42,066 nucleotides of DNA, taken from a virus. Lineage: Duplodnaviria; Caudoviricetes. Under the pieces are notes generated by a model, which saw only the letters and a list, made by a program, of their open reading frames with translations, did no database searches and had not been told where the DNA came from. The DNA is taken from positions 1-42,066 of the IMG/VR virus record IMGVR_UViG_3300043676_000035; one strand, written 5' to 3'. The position numbers were made by a program, and so were the translations under genes. Below are positions 7,386 through 14,950 of this stretch, piece by piece. The first letter of the stretch is position 1. The number at the start of each line of letters is the position of its first letter.

Positions 7386-8371
7386 CCTACCGCGGAACCG
7401 TGCTCGGCTTCCTCTTTCTGTTGTTGGCCCTGGTGCTCGCCGGCTGCGAAGTGCTCGGGGTTTACGAGTACGTCCGCGAACAGAACGCCAGCGCCTATAT
7501 ACTGGTAGCAAGCTGCACCATTGCGCTAGTCACCCCTGGGCTTCCAGCGCTCGGGGACTGGTTCTGGCGCGGCAGGCAAGGCTTGTACTGCTTGGGCGCC
7601 TGGCTTGCGTTCGCTATCTGCCTGACAATCGTTCTGACTGCCGCCATCCAGCGCACAGGCGCGGCCACAGACGGCGCAACGCAGGCGCGCGCCGCCGCCG
7701 AGCGGGCAACCAAGATTGCGGAGGCCGCCGAGAGGCAGGCTAAGGACGATTACACGGCCGCACAATCGGCCGCCCTAACGGAGTGCGTTGTTAGGGCCAA
7801 GCGCTGCATGGACGCGGAAGACAAGGCCGCGACCGCGCGCGCGACGCTTGCGCGAGCTCGGGCAGACCTCGTGTCGGCTCCGGCCGGCGTCCAGGCGGAC
7901 CCCTTGGCCGCGCGGCTCGCGGGGTTGCTGCGCATGTCCGAGGATCAATTCAGGTTGATGCAACCATTGATGGTGCCGCTGGCCCTGTCGCTCCTGTCGG
8001 TGCTGTTCTTTGCGGGATGGGCTCGGTTGGATTTCACGCCAGCACCAGGAAAGCCCCAGGAGGCCCCGAAGGCGCCGATCGTTACTCCGGCAGCCAAGCC
8101 CCAGCTGGCCCTTGTTCGGCCACCAGCGGCCAAAAATGGGGCCGTGGCGGCGTATTTAGTGAACCGGACCGAGCCAGCGCCCGGAGATGAAGTGGAGATA
8201 GAGCGAACCATGTATGCCGACTATGCGGCGTGGTGTGCTCAGGTTGGTGCTGCCCCACACAAGCCCGGCCCGTTCGCTCAGGAGCTTGGCGGCGTCGCAA
8301 AGGCTGCCGGACTGAAGATTGCCATCCGGGGTCAGCAAGCGTTTTGTCTGGATCGCCGGCTAGTCGCTTAG
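7382..8371 (+). CDS. Membrane protein: ~3 TM, coiled coil, TM, Pro/Ala linker, C-terminal winged-helix-like domain
   Basis: Hydrophobic segments visible; C-terminus VAAYL...MYADYAAWC...PFAQEL resembles the D5/P4-primase C-terminal wHTH; ATGA overlap. Confidence 0.75.
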   Translation: MTYRGTVLGFLFLLLALVLAGCEVLGVYEYVREQNASAYILVASCTIALVTPGLPALGDWFWRGRQGLYCLGAWLAFAICLTIVLTAAIQRTGAATDGATQARAAAERATKIAEAAERQAKDDYTAAQSAALTECVVRAKRCMDAEDKAATARATLARARADLVSAPAGVQADPLAARLAGLLRMSEDQFRLMQPLMVPLALSLLSVLFFAGWARLDFTPAPGKPQEAPKAPIVTPAAKPQLALVRPPAAKNGAVAAYLVNRTEPAPGDEVEIERTMYADYAAWCAQVGAAPHKPGPFAQELGGVAKAAGLKIAIRGQQAFCLDRRLVA

Positions 8372-8442
8372 AGCGGCACAGTCGCAGCCAGCACCACCAG
8401 AATCAAAAGGAGCCCGCCCAGGGCTCCGGCAACGGCATACAT
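8368..8442 (-). CDS. 24-aa hydrophobic peptide, candidate type I toxin
   Basis: MYAVAGALGGLLLILVVLAATVPL; SD AAGGA lies within hairpin 8443-8468. Confidence 0.5.
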   Translation of the reverse strand: MYAVAGALGGLLLILVVLAATVPL

Positions 8443-8672
8443 GGCGTGTTCCTTAAAGGAGATACGCCACACACAAGTTACAAGGCCATCTGAGAGAAGC
8501 CCGGCGCTTACATGCTGCCAGGGAGGCCACGAAAGGGTGAGGCGAGATCGCCACAGCGTTCCTGTGTTCTGAAATCGTACCAGCCCACATCAGCAGATCG
8601 TCAGATTCAACCGTTACCTGGTTGGCAAGTGTTGCGGTGCAGCGTATTTGTCTGGAACAAGCTTGGCCTTGG

Positions 8673-8927
8673 CTAGTTGAGTCGTCTGGATTTAAGCGGC
8701 CTACCAGTCTCATCCAGACCGAAAACGCAGGGCAGAACGTTCTCCCCCTGGCTTCGCAAGCGCAGCCAGAAAGCAAGATGATAGCCGGGCGGTATGTGCT
8801 CCTCGCGCTGCCAGTTGGATACAGCCTGCATGGATACGCCAACTTCCTTGGCTACGGAGGCGGTGCCCCCTAAAGCTTTAATCGCAGCCTTGACGGTCGT
8901 GTGCGTCTTGGGTCGCTTCATGAGCAT
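8673..8927 (-). CDS. cro: Cro-like repressor
   Basis: AIKALGGTASVAKEVGVSMQAVSNW...IPP; divergent from the cI-like gene. Confidence 0.85.
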   Translation of the reverse strand: MLMKRPKTHTTVKAAIKALGGTASVAKEVGVSMQAVSNWQREEHIPPGYHLAFWLRLRSQGENVLPCVFGLDETGRPLKSRRLN

Positions 8928-8932
8928 GGTAT

Positions 8933-8975
8933 ATCGTACATGAAAGCTGTACACCAGTCAAACAGCAATGCTGAA
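8933..8975 (-). promoter_or_regulatory. PR-like promoter plus two operators
   Basis: Minus strand TTGACT(8961-56)-N17-TACGAT(8938-33); operators TACATGAAAGCTGTA 8937-51 and AACAGCAATGCTGAA 8961-75. Confidence 0.8.
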
Positions 8976-8999
8976 TATGCACAGTCCAGGGGATCACCT

Positions 9000-9305
9000 A
9001 TGCAAGAGCGTATGGTTGATCCGCTGCATGAGCCGCCCGCCATAGGGGAGCGGCTGCGTTTGGTTTTCTTGGCGTGGCGATCCACCGCAAGTGGAAAGCG
9101 CACCCAAAAGGAGTTTTTCGCGCGAGCCGGCATTGCCCCCAACACTGGTTCTAATTGGATCACTGGCCGTGAGCAGCCCCGCGTGTCGGAGGCTATCAGA
9201 TTGTGTGAGGTATACAACCTCACGTTGGATTATATTTACAGAGGCGACCCCAGCGGCCTCCGCTACGAAATGCGGGACAAAATCGCCCTGATGCGCAAAT
9301 CCTAG
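9000..9305 (+). CDS. CI-like XRE HTH repressor without an S24 peptidase domain
   Basis: IGERLR...TQKEFFARAGIAPNTGSNWITGREQP...TLDYIYRG; start 9000 or 9012. Confidence 0.85.
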   Translation: MQERMVDPLHEPPAIGERLRLVFLAWRSTASGKRTQKEFFARAGIAPNTGSNWITGREQPRVSEAIRLCEVYNLTLDYIYRGDPSGLRYEMRDKIALMRKS

Positions 9306-9318
9306 GGTTTTCCCTAGG
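9301..9318. terminator. Hairpin at the repressor stop
   Basis: CCTAGGG-TTTT-CCCTAGG. Confidence 0.4.
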
Positions 9319-9422
9319 TCCTATATCTGAGTCCACCGCCACTGATTCGCTCTAGCGGCCCATTTCCTGGGGCGGCCAGCGTTAACCCTGTGTGGCTCTT
9401 TTGCATTCCGGTGAGATGATAA

Positions 9423-9472
9423 TTCAGCGGTGCTGTTTTCTTATTGCAATGTACAGCATTGCTGTATATGAT
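9423..9472 (+). promoter_or_regulatory. PL-like promoter plus two operators
   Basis: TTGCAA(9444-49)-N17-TATGAT(9467-72); operators TTCAGCGGTGCTGTT 9423-37 and TACAGCATTGCTGTA 9452-66. Confidence 0.82.
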
Positions 9473-9518
9473 TTGCCCAGATAACAGGGGCGCGTCTTCA
9501 AACCCCATGGAGACGAAA

Positions 9519-9722
9519 ATGCAAGCCGAACCGAACACAGAGATCAACCCGGAGCTGCTTCGCCAGCTTCGTTTCGAGATGACCAACGCCGACTGGTGCG
9601 AGGGCTTTAAGGCATTCGATGCCGGCGAGCACTTCACAATGCACAAGGGCAGGGATTGGGCGATGGGGTGGCTTAGCTGCCGCCTCGTGGGGGCCAAGCT
9701 ATTGAGCCGGTACATTCAATAA
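9519..9722 (+). CDS. Hypothetical protein (first PL gene)
   Basis: GGAG SD at 9509-12, ATG 9519. Confidence 0.6.
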   Translation: MQAEPNTEINPELLRQLRFEMTNADWCEGFKAFDAGEHFTMHKGRDWAMGWLSCRLVGAKLLSRYIQ

Positions 9723-9748
9723 CCGGCAATCTTCTGAGGGCAGACAAC

Positions 9749-10162
9749 ATGAAAAGCCTTGAAACCCTGCGCGCCGAAAGCGCAATGGCCAGGATGGACG
9801 CGGACAGCGTGAGGCGTGCCGCCGAGCGCGCCGAGCGCTACAGCAGAGACCCAGACGCCTACTTGCGGCGCCGCGCCGCCATCGGGTGGAAGAACGATGC
9901 GCCGCGTGACGCGACGCCTCCCGAGGAATTGGAGCCGGGAACCCTCCCTGGCTACAAGCTCCACCTGTCTATCGACGCAATCACCGACGCAATCCTAGAG
10001 CTCCGGGCAGAAAAGAAGCGCGCGGCTCGCCATAACGAGGACGAGCGCACTGCGATCAAATCGGCCTTCAATCACACGTTCGCTGACGTAGGGCTTCGGC
10101 TGGTGAATATCCCCGGCTGGAACCGCTGGGAACGAACCATCATAAACACGAGGCTTGCATGA
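9749..10162 (+). CDS. Hypothetical protein
   Basis: 137 aa, GAGG SD. Confidence 0.65.
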   Translation: MKSLETLRAESAMARMDADSVRRAAERAERYSRDPDAYLRRRAAIGWKNDAPRDATPPEELEPGTLPGYKLHLSIDAITDAILELRAEKKRAARHNEDERTAIKSAFNHTFADVGLRLVNIPGWNRWERTIINTRLA

Positions 10163-10386
10163 GCTATCCCCGCCAGCATGCCACGGTATGGGCGATCTAT
10201 CGAAAGCAGGATTGGGGATCGGGCCGCAAGACGTGGCGCCGCGTCTCTGGAACTTATGGCCGAGAGGAAGACGCGCGGAGCTTCAAGAATAGCAGCGCAC
10301 GCCTGCGCTCAAACCGCGAGCTGGCCATAAGAAAGTTGCGGATCATGGCTTGGTTTGAAAACAGATGCGAGGAAGCAACGTCATGA
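10159..10386 (+). CDS. Hypothetical basic protein
   Basis: 75 aa, ATGA overlaps. Confidence 0.6.
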   Translation: MSYPRQHATVWAIYRKQDWGSGRKTWRRVSGTYGREEDARSFKNSSARLRSNRELAIRKLRIMAWFENRCEEATS

Positions 10387-11222
10387 CCCCCAGGGAACTC
10401 CTAGCCGCTCTCGCCGCACCATTCCCGCCCGACGCCATCTCTTGGCGTCTCGGGACCATGAAGGCCGACAAGACCAAGGGTATGGCCCTTGCCTATATCG
10501 ACGCCCGCGATGTGATGCGCCGGCTGGATGAGGTCATGGGCGCCGACTGGCAGTGCGAATACGTCCCAATGCCGAACGACACTTGCTGCTGTCGCATCGG
10601 TCTAAAGATAGACGGGGAATGGCGCTGGCGCTCGAATGGCGCGATCAACCTGTCGGACAGTCAGAAGCCCGAGGCCAAGGAGATGGCCGAGAAAGGCAGC
10701 TATTCGGACGCATTCAAGCGTGCGGCCGTGCTCTGGGGCGTAGGGACATACCTCTACGATCTCGGTGCAACATGGGTCACGGTAGAGCCGCGCGGCCAAA
10801 GCTATGTCATCCCGGCCGGGGAACTCTCTCGCCTCGCCGGCATCCTGCGCCGTGGGAGCCCGGTCACTGCCCTGACCCCTCCCACGGCGCCAGCGAGGGA
10901 AACCATGGTTGAGGCTGTTGACCCTGTTGCAGCCGTAGACCCTCGGCTGAAGCCCGCGCCCGCGCGCACGCCAATGACCACGGCCCGAGACAGCGACGCC
11001 GTCAGAAGGCTCATCTTGGCCGCGCTCGCTATGTGTGCCAACCGCGAGCAAGCGTTGGAGTTTAGTCGAGCCAATGGCCAGCAGTCGGCCAATTGGTCGC
11101 TCATGCTCCCCGTAGACCAGCGCCTTGTGCTCAAGGCGGTGAAGGACAAGTTCGCGGAAATCACGTTTGAGGAACAGGCCCGCGCCAAGGCTAGCGCGGT
11201 GAATGCAGGCGAGGCAGCATGA
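10383..11222 (+). CDS. Rad52/Rad22-family (Sak-like) single-strand annealing protein
   Basis: LAYIDARDVM.RLDEV.G..W...EKG..SDAFKRAAV.WGVG.YLY. Confidence 0.9.
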   Translation: MTPRELLAALAAPFPPDAISWRLGTMKADKTKGMALAYIDARDVMRRLDEVMGADWQCEYVPMPNDTCCCRIGLKIDGEWRWRSNGAINLSDSQKPEAKEMAEKGSYSDAFKRAAVLWGVGTYLYDLGATWVTVEPRGQSYVIPAGELSRLAGILRRGSPVTALTPPTAPARETMVEAVDPVAAVDPRLKPAPARTPMTTARDSDAVRRLILAALAMCANREQALEFSRANGQQSANWSLMLPVDQRLVLKAVKDKFAEITFEEQARAKASAVNAGEAA

Positions 11223-11584
11223 GCACCAGCGAGCGCGCAACCGCCAATATCCGGCCGCTACCGGAGCGAGACCAGCCCATCAGCGAGCAATACAGGATCA
11301 TCGCTAAGGAGTGGGTGCAACTTGACGGCGCGGCCCGCATGCTGGAGGCGAGCAAGGATGCCGTTCTGTCACAGACAATTATGAGGTACGGCACAAATGC
11401 CGCATCCATGGCTGCAGCCGAGCGACTGGCTAAGTCGTCGGACGAGTGGGTGGACTACGTCAAAAAGATGGTGGAGGCACGCACGGCCGCAAACCTCAAG
11501 AAAGTCCACCTGGAATTTATCAGGATGCGGCACAGCGAATGGATCGCTGGAGATGCCAACGCACGAGCGGAGCGTCGGCTATGA
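11219..11584 (+). CDS. Helical protein of the recombination module
   Basis: 121 aa, coupled to sak; coiled-coil character. Confidence 0.7.
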   Translation: MSTSERATANIRPLPERDQPISEQYRIIAKEWVQLDGAARMLEASKDAVLSQTIMRYGTNAASMAAAERLAKSSDEWVDYVKKMVEARTAANLKKVHLEFIRMRHSEWIAGDANARAERRL

Positions 11585-12027
11585 AGCGCCCCCATATCAA
11601 CCTCACAACTAAGCTCGCAGCGGCCCTGCTCACCATCGTCCGCCCTGACGAGCACGGGGAGTTGCGCCGCGTCATCTCTCACGCCGACGCCCAGAACATG
11701 ACGGCGGTTCAGATTATTTCGGTTTTCGTGTGGGACCATGATCCGATACGCCATGAGGCGGGCGGCCCCGCATTGCCTTGGAACCTGACGCCAAGGCCCA
11801 TTATCGAGCACCGCCGCAAGTCCGCTAAGATCGATGCACCAGCGATTGCCAAGGGCAAGCGCCTGCGCACCGAGCAAGAGGCATTCCGGCGCAGGCTGCT
11901 GGAGAAGTCTGGCCAGATTCCCGTCGATGTGCGCGGATCGCGGGATGACGGACACGAACGAAAGCCGCCCAAGCGCGCGTGGCCCTCGCGACCGTTCCCA
12001 AAGAAACCAAAGAGAAACGCCCGATGA
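11581..12027 (+). CDS. HNH-like nuclease (degenerate)
   Basis: WDH.PI....GG.....NL.P....H..K...D...IAK.KR pattern. Confidence 0.65.
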   Translation: MKRPHINLTTKLAAALLTIVRPDEHGELRRVISHADAQNMTAVQIISVFVWDHDPIRHEAGGPALPWNLTPRPIIEHRRKSAKIDAPAIAKGKRLRTEQEAFRRRLLEKSGQIPVDVRGSRDDGHERKPPKRAWPSRPFPKKPKRNAR

Positions 12028-12185
12028 TCGCCCTTGTCCCAATCTGGATTGCCGCCGCCGTCAGCTTAGCCAAGGGCATTTCGTGGCTGGTGCGCGCTGA
12101 GATTGCCAAACGCAGGGCAGCCGGCGAAGCGTTCCCCCCGAGGAATACTGTCGCCGTGCATCAGGGGAATGACATCCCATGGTGA
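12024..12185 (+). CDS. Small membrane protein
   Basis: MIALVPIWIAAAVSLAKGISWLV..., ATGA overlap. Confidence 0.5.
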   Translation: MIALVPIWIAAAVSLAKGISWLVRAEIAKRRAAGEAFPPRNTVAVHQGNDIPW

Positions 12186-12192
12186 CCGTGAA

Positions 12193-12208
12193 ATCCTGCC
12201 CGTAGGCG
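12193..12208 (+). repeat. Left copy of a 16-bp direct repeat
   Basis: ATCCTGCCCGTAGGCG vs ATCTTGCCCGTAGGCG at 15516-15531. Confidence 0.6.
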
Positions 12209-12229
12209 ATATCGGATTTCCGATATCGC
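12206..12229. other. Perfect 11-bp inverted repeat with 2-bp centre (bidirectional terminator or recombination site)
   Basis: GCGATATCGGA-TT-TCCGATATCGC between convergent genes. Confidence 0.65.
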
Positions 12230-12232
12230 TTC

Positions 12233-12451
12233 TCAATTCAGCTTGTTGCGCACCCATCCATAGAAACGCGGCACCCAATCGGGTGCGATCTTGACACTGA
12301 AGACCTCGCGGCCGGCGACGTGCCCCCACGTGGCCGCCTGCTTCAGTCGACGCATCGCATCCTCGGCGTCTGGCGCCATCACGTGAAGTTCCCATTTGGC
12401 GCCGTCCAGATTGTACTCCACGGCCCACTTCTCGAATCTGCGCGTGTCCAC
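12233..12451 (-). CDS. Hypothetical protein
   Basis: GGAGG SD, GTG start. Confidence 0.65.
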   Translation of the reverse strand: MDTRRFEKWAVEYNLDGAKWELHVMAPDAEDAMRRLKQAATWGHVAGREVFSVKIAPDWVPRFYGWVRNKLN

Positions 12452-12467
12452 TGCTTGCCTCCTCTGT

Positions 12468-12695
12468 TTAGTAGACCTCGACGGCAACCGGATGCTTCGC
12501 CTTGCGTCTAACAGTGATCGTAACTGTCGCCTCGCCGTCCGCGCTCTCCAGCGCGAATCTCACCGCAGCGCGCGCCGCGTCTATCGCTCGCGTCCCCGCG
12601 CGGTCGGAGTTGCAGTTAAGCGCCGCAGTGTTCTGGTGCGGCTTGCTCCACGCGACCACTATCTCAACCTGAGGCACCCGCTCCGGCATCGTCAT
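12468..12695 (-). CDS. Hypothetical protein
   Basis: GAGGAGG SD, 75 aa. Confidence 0.65.
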   Translation of the reverse strand: MTMPERVPQVEIVVAWSKPHQNTAALNCNSDRAGTRAIDAARAAVRFALESADGEATVTITVRRKAKHPVAVEVY

Positions 12696-12702
12696 CGCCT
12701 CC

Positions 12703-12795
12703 TCACTTAAAGCTTGTTGTCCCTAGGAACACGAGACCCACGCCGACAATAACCAGCACAACACCCAGCAACGCGACCTCCCAATTCGTGGCCAT
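12703..12795 (-). CDS. 30-aa single-TM peptide
   Basis: MATNWEVALLGVVLVIVGVGLVFLGTTSFK, GAGGAG SD. Confidence 0.6.
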   Translation of the reverse strand: MATNWEVALLGVVLVIVGVGLVFLGTTSFK

Positions 12796-12805
12796 GCGCC
12801 GCTCC

Positions 12806-12988
12806 TCACGTTCCTGCCAGGGTTTGGGCAAATCGTTGCGCTTTCATCGCCGCTTCGAAGCCATCGTTGTAGCCGTCGGTGTAAGCCCGGCGTAGCGCCT
12901 TGAGCGCCTTCACGTCGCAGTTGTTGCCGAGCAAGCGAAACTTACCGGCGATGTCCTTGGCCCACTGCAGCCCGCCTTTCTCAGCCAT
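12806..12988 (-). CDS. Hypothetical protein
   Basis: GGAGGAGG SD; AY.DGY.DG motif. Confidence 0.65.
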   Translation of the reverse strand: MAEKGGLQWAKDIAGKFRLLGNNCDVKALKALRRAYTDGYNDGFEAAMKAQRFAQTLAGT

Positions 12989-13004
12989 CTGATAGCCTCC
13001 TCCG

Positions 13005-13331
13005 TTACGCAGCTACGGTTTTCGTAGCAACGTCCTTCACAAGCTCAACGTCGCTCGGGGTCGTCCAGAAGCGATGCGTCTTGCCATTGTCTGACGATGT
13101 CCAGAAGACGGCGTACTCTCTCGCCGGCTGGCCGACGTAGTCTTTGCCTATCTCGACGATCTTCGCGATGCCGCCCGCCGACCATGCCCAATCCTGATTG
13201 TTGAGATAGCGAACCGTCTGACCAACGCGCCAATGATCGGGAAGCGGGCGCTGATCGAACGCCTCGCGCCGCAGCTTGGCGGCTTCGGCCTCAAGCGCCG
13301 CAGCGCGATCTAGTTTCGCTTGGTCCACCAC
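13005..13331 (-). CDS. Hypothetical protein, SH3/KOW-like beta domain
   Basis: WRVGQTVRY...GIAKIVEI...WTTPSDVELV. Confidence 0.65.
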   Translation of the reverse strand: MVDQAKLDRAAALEAEAAKLRREAFDQRPLPDHWRVGQTVRYLNNQDWAWSAGGIAKIVEIGKDYVGQPAREYAVFWTSSDNGKTHRFWTTPSDVELVKDVATKTVAA

Positions 13332-13381
13332 GGATTCTCCGATACCTTTTTGCGGACGCCCGCAAAGAGGCGCTCCTCTCG

Positions 13382-13612
13382 TTACTGTGTCGTCGCCGTG
13401 AACTTGCGCACCATCGCGCGATAGCGATGCGCGTGTTTTGCAAGCGCCTGAGACAAGCCCGAGCGATGGCCGGGCAGTCCCAGCCAGCCGGCCGTGCTGG
13501 CGTGAGCAGCGCGGATCATTTCCTCGGTCGGCTCTGACGGCAGCACCGCATAACCCTCAAAGGTCAGTTGCAACAACGCGTCCCTGCCGATGATCTGTTC
13601 AGGTGTCCGCAC
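13382..13612 (-). CDS. Hypothetical protein with PTEEMI motif (start approximate)
   Basis: GYAVLP.EPTEEMIRA...YRAMV motif common in small phage proteins. Confidence 0.6.
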   Translation of the reverse strand: MRTPEQIIGRDALLQLTFEGYAVLPSEPTEEMIRAAHASTAGWLGLPGHRSGLSQALAKHAHRYRAMVRKFTATTQ

Positions 13613-13628
13613 GCCCGCCCCTCCTCGC

Positions 13629-13820
13629 TTACCGCTCGATTTCCACAAATCTCAGAACGCCGGGCTCGTAGTAAGTCACTCGCGTGCCCGCGCACCTATC
13701 ACACCTCGACTTCACCCGCGCTCGGCCGTCCGGCATCTTCCGCATGCCTTGAACGATGAAGTCGTGCTCGCACTTCGCGTAGTCCAGCGCAGCTTGCAGT
13801 CCTTCGACGATTTTGCTCAT
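13629..13820 (-). CDS. Small Cys/His protein
   Basis: CxH...CxxC, GAGGAG SD. Confidence 0.6.
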   Translation of the reverse strand: MSKIVEGLQAALDYAKCEHDFIVQGMRKMPDGRARVKSRCDRCAGTRVTYYEPGVLRFVEIER

Positions 13821-13831
13821 GCCAGCGCTCC

Positions 13832-14080
13832 TCAGTTTCGGTTGGCGATGGCGGAGGTGGTCGTGCCCGCGTCTATCGTGGGCGCCTCAAACTCGCCGTT
13901 GATCCCCATGGCCTGCTTGCGGCCATTGATGAACACGCAGTAATCGTCGCCAGCAAAGAACGCGCCGTACCAATCCATGACGTGTCGCACCGCTGCAGCG
14001 TCAATGCGCATCTGAACAATGTCCGCGCTATCTGGATCGTCCGACGCATCTCTGTTTTCAAACCTCAGCGTGACCTGCAT
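13832..14080 (-). CDS. Hypothetical protein
   Basis: GAGGAG SD, ATG 14080. Confidence 0.6.
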   Translation of the reverse strand: MQVTLRFENRDASDDPDSADIVQMRIDAAAVRHVMDWYGAFFAGDDYCVFINGRKQAMGINGEFEAPTIDAGTTTSAIANRN

Positions 14081-14096
14081 GGCGTGCGCTCCTCGG

Positions 14097-14207
14097 TTAT
14101 TTGTGGATTGCACCAATCAAGATTACCAGCGCCGCCATGAACAGCATGCCTCCCACAAATCCGAGCGCGCCCGGATCACTCGCTGCAAGCCATTCTCGGA
14201 TGTCCAT
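14097..14207 (-). CDS. 36-aa single-TM peptide
   Basis: MDIREWLAASDPGALGFVGGMLFMAALVILIGAIHK. Confidence 0.5.
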   Translation of the reverse strand: MDIREWLAASDPGALGFVGGMLFMAALVILIGAIHK

Positions 14208-14389
14208 GGCCGGTTCTCTCACGCTCTCTTGCGCTTCGCCTTTGGCGGCGGCGCTATCTTGCCGCTGCGCGGGTCAATCGTGAACGATGTCCCCGCTTTG
14301 ATTTCCCGCACCCGTAGCTCTCTACCCGATGGGTGCTTGATCGTTACGGTCTTGAGGCCGCCCGCTTTGATTGTCGGCATTCGCCGCTC

Positions 14390-14692
14390 CTACCTTGTTG
14401 ATTGCCAGAAACGCTCAGCACTCTGCATTCCCGCCTCTATGTTCTTGCGCCCGACCGGATTGGCCGAGTGGACGCGCCACACGAACGGATCACCGCGACC
14501 ATGAAATGCGCGGGCCTCGATCTCGCGGACCACCGGCATAACCGTATCGTCGCCTCCAAGGTCATGGTCGAAACTGACCTCATAAATGTCGCTTGCGAAG
14601 TGCTTGAAGCAGAGCAGCGCGTCCGCCGACGACTTCGCCCAACGCCAAGTGACATCTGGCGGCTCGCGAAGGTCGTCGATCCACAGCTTCAC
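14390..14692 (-). CDS. Cyclic-phosphate-processing receiver domain protein
   Basis: LWIDD.R.PP...SFDHDLG...VHSANPVG signature. Confidence 0.85.
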   Translation of the reverse strand: MKLWIDDLREPPDVTWRWAKSSADALLCFKHFASDIYEVSFDHDLGGDDTVMPVVREIEARAFHGRGDPFVWRVHSANPVGRKNIEAGMQSAERFWQSTR

Positions 14693-14747
14693 CTAGCGGC
14701 TCCTCCGTTGAACCCCGGGCATAAGGCCCGGGATGCTCCTCCGCTAC

Positions 14748-14939
14748 CTAGTCGGTTTCCATGTCCTGGATACACTGTGGACGTCTCAAATGGCGAAGGC
14801 GCGCCAGCAGTGGGTCGTCACTCGGGTCGCTCTGTGGGCGTGCGTTGAGCAGATCGAAGTAGGCATGCGCCATGTCCTCCAAGAGGTTCATGGAGTTGAG
14901 GCATGCGGTCTTCAATTCTGCGACCTCCGCGTCAGTCAT
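14748..14939 (-). CDS. Hypothetical protein
   Basis: GGAGG SD, 63 aa. Confidence 0.55.
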   Translation of the reverse strand: MTDAEVAELKTACLNSMNLLEDMAHAYFDLLNARPQSDPSDDPLLARLRHLRRPQCIQDMETD

Positions 14940-14950
14940 CTGCCTGCCTC

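Noticed and set aside
7382-7450. Lipoprotein signal (LAGC) on the par-linked membrane protein
   Set aside because: Further TM helices follow immediately, so a polytopic inner-membrane protein is more likely; not fully excluded
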